Assembly: GCA_963933835.1 (NCBI GenBank)
Contig: CAWVVV010000004.1
Location: forward strand, 128,001-192,000
Length of the DNA: 64,000 nt
Reading direction: 5' to 3'
DNA from: an uncultured Puniceicoccaceae bacterium
GTDB lineage: Bacteria; Verrucomicrobiota; Verrucomicrobiia; Opitutales; Oceanipulchritudinaceae
The notes under the pieces were generated by a model. The model worked only from the letters and a program-made list of their open reading frames with translations. It had not been told where the DNA came from and searched no databases. A program made the position numbers and the translations under genes. Below, piece after piece: positions 20,524 through 29,586 of this stretch; the stretch's first letter is position 1; each line of letters begins with the position of its first letter.

Positions 20524-21730
20524 CTAAGGAAGCGTTTGCCACTCCTTTACTTCAAAGTAGCTCCTCGGGTAGATTCTCGCCTCGGTGATTTCTGCCACTT
20601 CATCGTCATCGTAGCGGTTGATGTATTCCCAAACGATGGTTCCGTTGGCATCTATTTCAAAAACCCGACCACCATCAAATTCAGTAACGATAAGTCCATC
20701 GTGTTCCGTAGGATCGATTTTTCCTCTCGTCACTGAAAACATCTCCTGGTCGATGCGGCTGCCGTATCGAATCGTGGATACGTTTTTCACTGGATCTATC
20801 TCTATAATATTGGATACGCGAGGGAGATCCAAGCTTGTGAGCTTTGTTGTGCGTCTTTCTTCTCCAAATGCGACGCGAATGTAGGTGTTGTTATTAAACA
20901 CATTGATTTTTCCGCCCGCGATAAACTCTGGATCGTGCTGCCGAAGCCAAGGACCAACATGCCACCATTTAACGGCTTTCGTCTTCGGATCGATGACCAT
21001 CAGTAGGTTCAGATCACGCATCGAGAGGATAAGATCCCCCGTTTCAAAGAGGGGAAAGTCATCTGCTAATTCACTCGAGAGCTCGGAGATGTTATTCAAG
21101 TGAACGATCTCTCTGTTCCACGCATCATGCGGGGAGGGCTTGTAGATACTGGCTTTTGAACTTAACAGTGCCTCAAGACCATTGTCATAAAACAACTGAG
21201 GAACGGAAATTTCTTCAATGACCTCACCCTCTTCGGAAACACGCATGAGCGTCGATTCGACAAATGGCGCCTGGAAAGGAGGGAAGGGTGACTGACTGAA
21301 ATGTGGTATCTCGCCAACAGTGCGCTGACCTGGGATCCAAAAGCCTCCGCTTTCGGCGCGTTCAATTGAATGATGAGTGAAGTCGTTAATCGTCCATACA
21401 ACCTGACCAGCGCGATCAAGCTTCGCGGTTCCGCTATAGTCGAAATTGAAAACAACCGAGCCATCGGGGAGTGCCAATGCGCCATGGGTGCCCACATTCC
21501 AGTCACTCGCTGGCGGAGAAGGCAGAAAGGACATGTCTGTAAAGATATCCGCGAACGACAAGGGCCACTGTTGAACGATTGTCCCATCACGCTGTATCAG
21601 CCTTAGCTCATTTGTATCTCCAAAGAATCCAGAGAGGAAAATTAAGTCATCGTCATTTTCGATCAAATTGATCGTAACGCCAGAACCTTCATAACGGGCG
21701 GGTTGAAGCAAATGTTTTGGCTCGAATACG
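20524..21730 (-). pseudogene. Arylsulfotransferase (ASST)-like beta-propeller protein, probably 5'-truncated
   Basis: THHSI, H.NNI, QHDPEF, NN; no signal peptide or credible start, and its 5' end runs into an opposite-strand fragment. Confidence 0.6.
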
Positions 21731-21999
21731 GGATCGCAACACATCGCCATTTCCTCGGCCTGAAAGACTCCATCTGTTTGCTTAGCCACGAACAACTCTG
21801 CCGTGAACCCTCGGCGCAACTTGAGCAACTAGGTCAGATCCTCGGAACAAAGCACCGCCAGGTTCTTTTGGATCAGGCCAAAACGATCAAAGCCTCGCCG
21901 GACACATCGGAATTCGACGCGACCTTTGATGCAGACCTGTTGAAGGAAGCTCGAGTGCTCTACGCTGCGCTCCTCGAGTGCACTGCATCTGCAACCTAG
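21716..21999 (+). pseudogene. C-terminal fragment of a PAPS-type sulfotransferase-like protein
   Basis: FWLEYGIATHRHF...LLSHEQLCREPSAQLEQLGQILG resembles the sulfotransferase YE.L..DP...L..L..FLG motif; N-terminus absent. Confidence 0.45.
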
Positions 22000-22005
22000 G
22001 CTAAA

Positions 22006-22093
22006 TGGCGGAGGGAGAGGGATTCGAACCCCCGGAGCCTTGCGGCTCAGTGGTTTTCAAGACCACCGCGATCGTCCACTCTGCCATCCCTCC
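22006..22093 (-). tRNA. tRNA-Ser(TGA)
   Basis: GGAGGGA...GTGGT-CT-TGA-AA-ACCAC, long variable arm GAGCCGCAAGGCTC, GGTTCGAATCC, TCCCTCC-G-CCA. Confidence 0.97.
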
Positions 22094-22199
22094 TGCATTG
22101 TGAAAGTGAGGAGCATTCTCAGGACTTTTTTGAAGTCAAGCGGGGACATTGGTATCGAATAGATTGATTCAAAGAAGCGTTCCACTATGTTGCTTTTAA

Positions 22200-22424
22200 A
22201 TGGACGAAAAACGCCTGAAACTTCTACTCCTAAGAGTTGTTCGAAACGAGGATGCCGAAGGCATTACAGTGCTCGAAGCACTGCGTGAACTTGACGGTTT
22301 GAGCAACTCCTCCGGGCTTGAAGGGCAGATGCAGCACTACCTCTCAAAACGAAGTTACGAAAAGGCACTCATACAGCTCGAAACAGGTCATTCCTGCGGA
22401 CACCACACGGGGGAAGCTAACTGA
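22200..22424 (+). CDS. Small hypothetical protein
   Basis: 74 aa with HYLSKRSYEKAL; TGA/ATG coupled to the next gene. Confidence 0.6.
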   Translation: MDEKRLKLLLLRVVRNEDAEGITVLEALRELDGLSNSSGLEGQMQHYLSKRSYEKALIQLETGHSCGHHTGEAN

Positions 22425-22834
22425 TGCCATCGAAGAAGAAAGAGCGGCTCTCCACTGATGGAGGAAATGATCTCGAAGCGGACAACCCTTTCGCAGGCCT
22501 ATCGCTACAAGGACTTCCGGATAAACCTAAATCCGCCTCCGTCGCTTTCAGCAAGCCAGTTAAAGCTGAACCGAAGCGAAAGAAAGGGCCGGCTCCTAGA
22601 CTGAACTTACGACGTTTGAAAAGCGGCCGCGGAGGAAAGACGGTGACGGAAATCTCCGGCTTTATTGGCGTCAGTAAATCGCAGCTCGAAGCTTTCGCAA
22701 AGCGCTACAAATCCACCTGTGGAGTAGGGGGCTCAGTCCGAGGCCAAGCGATCGAAATTCAAGGTGACCAACGCGAAAAGCTTCGAGGGGTCCTCGAGTC
22801 TGAGGGCTATCAAGTCGTCTATGCTGGCGGATAG
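22424..22834 (+). CDS. SUI1/YciH family translation initiation factor
   Basis: GRGGKTVT.I.G, CGVGGSV, IEIQGD.R. Confidence 0.88.
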   Translation: MPSKKKERLSTDGGNDLEADNPFAGLSLQGLPDKPKSASVAFSKPVKAEPKRKKGPAPRLNLRRLKSGRGGKTVTEISGFIGVSKSQLEAFAKRYKSTCGVGGSVRGQAIEIQGDQREKLRGVLESEGYQVVYAGG

Positions 22835-22842
22835 GGCACGAG

Positions 22843-24051
22843 CTAGACTTCTATTGTTTCAACGGGCGTATCTTGCTTAGGATCGTTCTCGGTCGGGCGT
22901 AGATACTTCCGCTTCAATAGTCTCCACGCTACGACGAAGAAGGCGGTCAATGGAATCGCGAGAATCATCCCGAGTATCCCATTCAAGGCGACGCCCCAAA
23001 AGAAGATCGCGATGATAATCGTGAGTGGATGCAGCCCTGTCTGCTTGCCCATGATCCGCGGAGTCAGGACGTAGCCCTCAATAAGCTGGACCACAAAAAA
23101 CACCCCTAAAGCAATTAGCATGAGGGTAAGTCCACCATCAGGTTGAAGATAAGCGATCGGCAGAACCGTTCCTAAACCAAAAATCGTTCCGAGATAGGGA
23201 ATGATATTTAATGCACCAATGAAAAGTCCTAGAAAAATCCCAAAGCTCACACCGCCGACACTAAATCCGATTGCAAGGAGGACTCCCATGATCAGTCCGA
23301 TCAAGATCTGACCGCGAAAGAACGCGACCATGCTTGCAGCGAACTCCTTCATTAGGAAAACAATGTCTTCTCGCCATTCGTCTTTCAGGAAAGACAGTTG
23401 ATCATCGAGGTCGTTCGTCGGGTCGCGATCCGTCTGCAAGAAGAAGAAAAGATAGACCGGCAAGATCGCTAGGCCTGTCGCAAGGGAGATAATCCCGGAA
23501 AGCCTCGAGATCAGGTCTTGAGCGGCCGGAGCAGCGAGCCCCAGAAGTCTTTCAATATGACTGGTCAGTGATGCCTGATATTGTGCAAGTCGATCCTGGC
23601 CAAGATTGGCCTCTAGAAATTCGATCACTTGCGGGTAGCGTTCAACAAAGCCAACTTGGACATTCTTCCAGATCGTGGGCAACTTCTCCACGAAACTAAG
23701 GGTTTGGTCGATGAAGACGGGTAGCACCAGTGCTGAGATTGCGACCAAAACGAGGACTACGAGCGCATATAGAGCGATGATCGATGTCGTGCGACCAAGC
23801 TTAAGCCGGGTCTCAAAGGTCTGAACTACAGGGCGAAGGATCAGGGCAAGAATTCCAGCAACGGCTAGCGGCCATAGAACACCTGAAAAAGTGCTAACAA
23901 AGCCCTTCAGGATTAAAAAGACGGCTGCCGAAAAAACGACAATCACAACTGCAGCGAGCAATGCTAGAGCGGTTGCGACCAGTTTCCGCTGAAAAGGATT
24001 CAGCGTTTGAACAAAGTTAGTCGGCGCAGTGCTATGTTTTGTATCCCCCAT
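22843..24051 (-). CDS. AI-2E family transporter
   Basis: FFRGQ, IPYLG, Q.IEGYVLTPRIMG...GLHP, GMILAIPL. Start uncertain. Confidence 0.85.
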   Translation of the reverse strand: MGDTKHSTAPTNFVQTLNPFQRKLVATALALLAAVVIVVFSAAVFLILKGFVSTFSGVLWPLAVAGILALILRPVVQTFETRLKLGRTTSIIALYALVVLVLVAISALVLPVFIDQTLSFVEKLPTIWKNVQVGFVERYPQVIEFLEANLGQDRLAQYQASLTSHIERLLGLAAPAAQDLISRLSGIISLATGLAILPVYLFFFLQTDRDPTNDLDDQLSFLKDEWREDIVFLMKEFAASMVAFFRGQILIGLIMGVLLAIGFSVGGVSFGIFLGLFIGALNIIPYLGTIFGLGTVLPIAYLQPDGGLTLMLIALGVFFVVQLIEGYVLTPRIMGKQTGLHPLTIIIAIFFWGVALNGILGMILAIPLTAFFVVAWRLLKRKYLRPTENDPKQDTPVETIEV

Positions 24052-24081
24052 ATCTTTCAAAAGATTTCCACCCTAAATAAA

Positions 24082-25614
24082 TCACCGGCCATATAGCCAC
24101 GCAAGCTCACTCAGATAAGCTGCACTCGTTCGCGCCTCTTCGAATTGAGTATAGGTCATGCGCCATTCCCAGTTTCCAGAAGCCATCCCAGGGACATTCA
24201 TACGCGCACTTGAGTCTAGTGACAAAATGTCCTGCATCGCAAAAACGCACAGGCGACTTGGAGAGCTGTAACTTGCGCGAATAAAATCCCAAGTAATCTC
24301 GTCACCGGTAATTCTGAAATAACGACGAAGCTGATCCTTGGTCTCTGGGGATATGCTCTGATACCAGCCTAGGGTGGTGTCGTTGTCGTGGGTTCCTGGA
24401 TACACAACCATGTTTGTGGCAGCGTAGTGAGGAAGGAATACATTTGAATTATCTTCGCCATCGAAAGCGAACTGAAGAATCGACATCCCTGGAAATCCAA
24501 GCTTATCAATAAAGTTGCGAACATCGTCGTTGAGCTCTCCGAGATCTTCGGCAATGATTCTTGCTCCGGCGCCGAATCGCTTTTTCAACGCCTTAAAGAA
24601 AGCGTGTTGAGGGCCATCCTTCCAGACCCCTGACCGAGCATCAGGGGCGTCAGCCGGCACTGCCCAGTAGTCGAAAAACGCGCGAAAGTGGTCGAGTCGA
24701 ATTACATCACAGAGGGCGAAGTTTTGTTCAAGACGCCGCATCCACCATTCAAAGTCATCCTTTGCGAGCTCATCCCAATTATAGACCGGATTTCCCCACA
24801 GTTGCCCTGTTTCTGAGAAGTAGTCGGGCGGGACACCCGCAACTTCAGTACCACGACCGTTTTCATCGAGACAGAAAATAGAACGGTTCGCCCATGTGTC
24901 GGCACTGTCTCCAGACGCATAGATCGGCAAATCCCCAATGATCTCTACATTGCGCTCTTTCGCAAATGAGTGAAGCGCCCCCCATTGGCCCCAGAAAATG
25001 TATTGGACGAATATGTGCAACTCCTGCTCAAGGACGATATGTTCGGGCTTTTTGGCCCTGGAGGCTCTTTCGTAGTCGGCCCATTCCTCCGGCCAGTCCA
25101 TCCAGGCGGCTCCGCCGTGAGCCCGTTTGAGCGCCATGAAGAGCGCGTAGGGTTCAAGCCAGTCGGCATGCTTTTTTCGGAAATCTACTAAGCGTCCGAA
25201 ATTTCCGATGTAAGCTAAGCCACGCATTTTGAAGCGTTCGTGCGCTAGCCTGAGAACCGGCGCATGGATCGCTTGTAAAAAATTAAAGTCGATTCTGTCG
25301 ACTGGCAATTCGGCCAATGGGGCGAGCTCATCGTAGGTCAAGAGGCCCGCATCAAGAAAGACATTCAGATCAATCAAGAGTTGGTTGCCGGCAAAAACCG
25401 AATAGGCCGAGTAGGGCGAGTTGCCGAAGCCTGTTGGTCCCAATGGAAGGATCTGCCAGTATCCAATTTTTGATTCTGAGAGGTAATCAACGAAGGCATG
25501 AGCCGTCGCGCCGATCGTACCAATCCCGTAGGGACCCGGCAAAGATGAAGGATGCAAGAGGACACCAGCCTTGCGTTCAGCGAGCCAGCTAAAGCGACAG
25601 GATGTATCAGCCAT
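24082..25614 (-). CDS. malQ: 4-alpha-glucanotransferase (GH77)
   Basis: GVLLHPSSLP, WQILPLGPT, GVPPDYFSETGQLWGNP, RLDHFR, AEDLG, GTHDNDT. Confidence 0.95.
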   Translation of the reverse strand: MADTSCRFSWLAERKAGVLLHPSSLPGPYGIGTIGATAHAFVDYLSESKIGYWQILPLGPTGFGNSPYSAYSVFAGNQLLIDLNVFLDAGLLTYDELAPLAELPVDRIDFNFLQAIHAPVLRLAHERFKMRGLAYIGNFGRLVDFRKKHADWLEPYALFMALKRAHGGAAWMDWPEEWADYERASRAKKPEHIVLEQELHIFVQYIFWGQWGALHSFAKERNVEIIGDLPIYASGDSADTWANRSIFCLDENGRGTEVAGVPPDYFSETGQLWGNPVYNWDELAKDDFEWWMRRLEQNFALCDVIRLDHFRAFFDYWAVPADAPDARSGVWKDGPQHAFFKALKKRFGAGARIIAEDLGELNDDVRNFIDKLGFPGMSILQFAFDGEDNSNVFLPHYAATNMVVYPGTHDNDTTLGWYQSISPETKDQLRRYFRITGDEITWDFIRASYSSPSRLCVFAMQDILSLDSSARMNVPGMASGNWEWRMTYTQFEEARTSAAYLSELAWLYGR

Positions 25615-25644
25615 ACTAGGAAGACTAGGGATCAGGATGCCTGA

Positions 25645-26187
25645 CTAATTCTGAAGAATTAGCTTAAAAAAGGAGGTATCAAACCCGCGAGACGCTGAGA
25701 AATCTAACAACCATTCGCGCGTTTCATAGTCGATGACCTTGGACCTGCTAAGCATGTAAAGATAGTTTCGAGTGGGGTGGCCAATAAGAAGAATCGACTG
25801 GTCCTCATTAGCATAAATCACTCGATAGTCATTTTCGAAAGGCCAAAGGAATTGGATGCTCCAATCAGCATTTGTTTGGATCTCATCGATGCGAGCACGG
25901 CCAGTGTAGGTTTTGAAAGCCGAGTCGGGTCCCTTAGGGCGAAAAGAATACGCGATACTCAAGGTGCCATTTGGCTGCTGCGTGAACTGAAATGTTGCAT
26001 CCGTAGGGTTCCTGTCCAACAGCGTAGGCATTGTCCCAACAACGTAGTACGTGCCTAGGATTTGTTGAATATTTACGAAATTCGCTGTGCCTAATTCGCC
26101 GTGTTGCTTGAAAGAAAAACAGCCTGTAAAGAAGAGGCATGCGAGAGCGAGAAGGGAAGATTTCCGAACTAAGCTTTTAAAATGCAT
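25645..26187 (-). CDS. Blc-like lipocalin lipoprotein
   Basis: Lipobox FTGC, G.YY, QFLWPF..DYRV, YLYMLSR. Confidence 0.75.
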   Translation of the reverse strand: MHFKSLVRKSSLLALACLFFTGCFSFKQHGELGTANFVNIQQILGTYYVVGTMPTLLDRNPTDATFQFTQQPNGTLSIAYSFRPKGPDSAFKTYTGRARIDEIQTNADWSIQFLWPFENDYRVIYANEDQSILLIGHPTRNYLYMLSRSKVIDYETREWLLDFSASRGFDTSFFKLILQN

Positions 26188-26290
26188 AATAACGGGAAGC
26201 TAAGACCCCGCTTAAAAGGAGCAAGGCCAGAAAAGGGGGCCTAGAGAAATGACTCACGAGTGCTTACGGATGCCTCTCCACTGATAACCA

Positions 26291-26318
26291 ATTAGACATA
26301 ATATATATTGTGCATAAC
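26291..26318 (-). other. dif-like XerC/XerD recombination site
   Basis: GTTATGCACAA-TATATA-TTATGTCTAAT matches E. coli dif GGTGCGCATAA-TGTATA-TTATGTTAAAT at 21/28 by manual alignment; intergenic. Confidence 0.75.
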
Positions 26319-26377
26319 AAACACCCGTGACGTATGTCTAGAGTCATTGATGATAAATGGATAGATAAGCTCGAAGC

Positions 26378-26756
26378 TTACGGTATTCTAAGGACGACGT
26401 AACCCCGTTTTCCACGAGCGTTCACAAACAGGCTGTTAGCGCCCTTGCGTAATGCCCGCTCTAGTTCCCCGATCGAATTCACCTCTATGCGGTTGGCTTC
26501 AAGGATGACCATTCCTTCGGCTAGCTTCTTACCATAAGGCGAACGGGCATCTACTGCGGTAACAATGACGCCTTCGCTCGTATCTAGATCCCATTCGCTT
26601 TTACGGTCGGAGTTGTTTGGCGAAAGCGTGACCCCTTCGAGAAGGTCCCCAACTTCAGGCCCCACGCCAACCCCGGATGGTTCATCTAGACTAGTAAGAA
26701 TGACATCAACCGACTCAGGTTCGCCGTCTCGGATGAAACCCGTGAGTTTATATTTT
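26378..26756 (-). pseudogene. C-terminal remnant of a DegP/DegQ (HtrA) protease: end of PDZ1 plus PDZ2
   Basis: KLTGFIRDGEPESVDVIL...GVIVTAVDARSP...LAEGMVILEANR; no start and no protease domain. Confidence 0.7.
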
Positions 26757-27704
26757 TAAGCCCTTCATGCGGAAGAGGCTTGTCACGCTCTGGTGATTGT
26801 TCACGCGCAAGATTGCTTCACCAAGCAGGGATGCGACACTCAATACCGTGATGTTTGGCAGACCGCGGGTATCAATCGGAGTTGAGTTGGTTGTAATGAG
26901 TTCATCGAGGAACCCTTCTTTCAGGCGTTCGTAGCCAAATTCATTCAAAACGCCATGACTCACAGCGGCGCGGACCTTTACGGCTCCCTCCTGTCGGGCA
27001 ATCTCAGCTGCAGCCTTGAGCGTCCCTGCAGATTCAGTAAGATCATCGACGAGTAAAACTGACCGCCCTTTGACATCACCAACAATGCTGGTCGCTTCAA
27101 CATTCGTTGCATCCATTCGGCGTTTAGCAACAAAACCGAAATCCACTCCGAGCATGTTTGCATAAGCCGAGGCCATCTTGATCCCTCCAACATCTGGCGA
27201 TATGACGATGATGTTCTCGTCCTTGAACGAGTGGAGATAGTCGTAAAAGACTGAAGACGCGTAGAGATGGTCCACTGGGATATCGAAAAACCCTTGGATC
27301 TGTGGTGCGTGGAGATCCATCGTCAGAACCCGGTTGGCTCCTGAGGTGACGAGCAGATTAGCCACCAGCTTTGCGGTGATTGGAACGCGAGGCTGATCCT
27401 TCCGATCTTGACGAGCGTATCCATAGAACGGCAACACCGCTGTGATTCGCTGCGCGGAGGCTCGGCGGGCGGCATCCATCATAATGAGCAACTCCATCAA
27501 GTTGTCGTTAGCCGGCGGACTTGTCGGCTGAACAATGAAGACGTCTTTTCCTCGGACGTTTTCGTCAATTTTTACAAAGACCTCTTGGTCAGGAAAGCGC
27601 TTCATTGTGACATGAGCGGGGGTAGCGCCTATAAAGTCGCATATTTCATCCGCGAGCGGCTGGTTAGCGCTCCCTTTGAGGATTTTCATCTCGCCGATTT
27701 GCAT
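26748..27704 (-). CDS. prs: Ribose-phosphate pyrophosphokinase
   Basis: YARQDRK, DLHAPQIQGFF, SPDVGG, LVDDLTESAGT. Confidence 0.95.
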   Translation of the reverse strand: MQIGEMKILKGSANQPLADEICDFIGATPAHVTMKRFPDQEVFVKIDENVRGKDVFIVQPTSPPANDNLMELLIMMDAARRASAQRITAVLPFYGYARQDRKDQPRVPITAKLVANLLVTSGANRVLTMDLHAPQIQGFFDIPVDHLYASSVFYDYLHSFKDENIIVISPDVGGIKMASAYANMLGVDFGFVAKRRMDATNVEATSIVGDVKGRSVLLVDDLTESAGTLKAAAEIARQEGAVKVRAAVSHGVLNEFGYERLKEGFLDELITTNSTPIDTRGLPNITVLSVASLLGEAILRVNNHQSVTSLFRMKGLKI

Positions 27705-27778
27705 AAGTAGTGTGTGGGAATGGGTGTCTCAGATAGTGAGACATACTGGCAAACTAAAAGGGTCTAAGAGTAAAGTAT

Positions 27779-28810
27779 TTATGAAACAGACTTTTCAATC
27801 GCCTTCAGTCTGGTGAAAAGTTCGGGAAGCCGGCGCTGATAACTCTCGATACGACGTTGCGCTTGAAACGCTATTGCAGGCGAGCCTGCATAAGCCTTCC
27901 CGCCTTCGAGCGACTTGGCAACGCCTGCCTGTCCTCCTACGATTGATTGATCACCAATCTCAAGGTGTCCCGCAGTGCCGACCTGACCGGCGAGGACAAC
28001 AAAGTCCCCTAGCTTGGTCGTTCCGGCTAAGCCAACGAAGGCACATAGAATGCAGTGCTGGCCAATCTCGCAATTGTGCCCGATCTGGACTAAGTTATCG
28101 ATCTTCGTCCCGTGCCCTACCTTGGTTGCAGAGAAGCGAGCTCGATCGATACTAGAGTTCGCGCCGATTTCGACGTCATTTCCAATCTCTACCGTTCCAA
28201 TCTGAGGAGATTTCATGTGCCCAGAAGGGCCGCTTTCATAGCCGAAACCATCGGAACCTAGCACGACTCCAGAATGAAGAATACAGCGATCACCGATCGA
28301 ACAATAACTCTGTATTGAGATATGGGGATAGAGCCAACAATCAGCTCCCACAACGACGTCACGTCCGAGATAACAATGACTTTGCACGACGGCACCCTCT
28401 CCTACCACAGCGCCGCCTTCAATCACGACCAATGGGCCAATACTGGCAGACTCCGCAATCTTGGCCGTAGGATCAATGAATGCAGAGGGATGGACTCCTG
28501 CTGGTGGCATTACTTTCTGGCCTTGTTCTACGAGACCACAGATATGAGCCAGGGCGACCGAAGGATGCTCTACGCGGATCAACCACTGGTCGCTCTGCGG
28601 GACGACATCCAAACTTTTAGGAATAATGACCGCAGAAGCAGCCGTTTCGCTGAGTTGCTTAGCAAATTTCGGTTTGCTGATGAAGGTTAAATCTCCAGCC
28701 AAAGCGGTGTCTACACTAGCGATTCCTGAGAGAGATTTGGGGCCGGAGCCCTGAAATTCGGCATCAGGTAAGACGGATCGTATCGCTTCAATCGAGAGCT
28801 CGATTTCCAT
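27779..28810 (-). CDS. lpxD: UDP-3-O-acyl-glucosamine N-acyltransferase
   Basis: Hexapeptide repeats, GSDGFGY, TKIDNLVQIGHN. Confidence 0.95.
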   Translation of the reverse strand: MEIELSIEAIRSVLPDAEFQGSGPKSLSGIASVDTALAGDLTFISKPKFAKQLSETAASAVIIPKSLDVVPQSDQWLIRVEHPSVALAHICGLVEQGQKVMPPAGVHPSAFIDPTAKIAESASIGPLVVIEGGAVVGEGAVVQSHCYLGRDVVVGADCWLYPHISIQSYCSIGDRCILHSGVVLGSDGFGYESGPSGHMKSPQIGTVEIGNDVEIGANSSIDRARFSATKVGHGTKIDNLVQIGHNCEIGQHCILCAFVGLAGTTKLGDFVVLAGQVGTAGHLEIGDQSIVGGQAGVAKSLEGGKAYAGSPAIAFQAQRRIESYQRRLPELFTRLKAIEKSVS

Positions 28811-28854
28811 AGAAAAATTGTCGCTAGGAGCGCAGAATGATCAACAGCCAAAAA

Positions 28855-28893
28855 CAAAAAAAGCCTTCCCCGCGAATTGCAGAGAAGGCTTTT
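28855..28893 (-). terminator. Terminator-like hairpin between skp and lpxD
   Basis: AAGCCTTC...GAAGGCTT imperfect stem with an A-run on plus (T-run on minus). Confidence 0.6.
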
Positions 28894-28916
28894 GTAAATT
28901 CAGGTGCAGGAAAAAA

Positions 28917-29489
28917 CTAGTTCGAAGGCTGATCTTTATTCAGCTCGTTGATGACCTTGTTCGTGATATCGATTGAAGGATCACTGTAAAGAACAGGAGG
29001 AAGGCCATTTGAAAGGACGTCAGAAGTATCCAAGACGAGTTGGCTGCCATCACGCAGAGCAACCGCAATGACGACGCGCTTGATATCTTCGATCAGGTTC
29101 TGGTTCCGGCTAGTGCTAGAAGCTTCAGCTTCTTGTTCGCTTTGCTGAGCCCACTCTTGAAATACTGCTTCCTTAGCACGAAAGGCTTGAATCTCAGGTC
29201 CGAGTTCAGACATTTGCTCTTGTTTCGCGGTGTCCGAGAGTCCCGGGTTATCGCGGATTTCAGAAACTTTCGCCTGAAGCGGCTCTGATTCTGCTTTAAG
29301 AGCATCTTGTCGGCTCTTTGCTTCGGTCTGGAGCGATTCAATCGTGCTTCGAATCTTATGGTTCACATCTGCTGTGAGATAGTAGTTCTCGTGGCACTTT
29401 GCGATGCTGACTGTTGCGATTTTGACCTGCGCGTTGAGCGAAAGGGCAAGCATGCTTAAAGCGAGGAATGCGATGATCGTCTTTTTCAT
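28917..29489 (-). CDS. skp: OmpH/Skp periplasmic chaperone
   Basis: Signal peptide, KIATV, coiled coil, VLY...DIT..VI..LN; bamA-skp-lpxD order. Confidence 0.85.
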   Translation of the reverse strand: MKKTIIAFLALSMLALSLNAQVKIATVSIAKCHENYYLTADVNHKIRSTIESLQTEAKSRQDALKAESEPLQAKVSEIRDNPGLSDTAKQEQMSELGPEIQAFRAKEAVFQEWAQQSEQEAEASSTSRNQNLIEDIKRVVIAVALRDGSQLVLDTSDVLSNGLPPVLYSDPSIDITNKVINELNKDQPSN

Positions 29490-29586
29490 AAAATTGATTC
29501 TATTATTTAAGGGTAGTCGTAGAAATGGAGGTTAGTTTGCGACAAAGCGTTCAAAAAAGGGCTGAAATCTATAGCTGGTCAACGCT

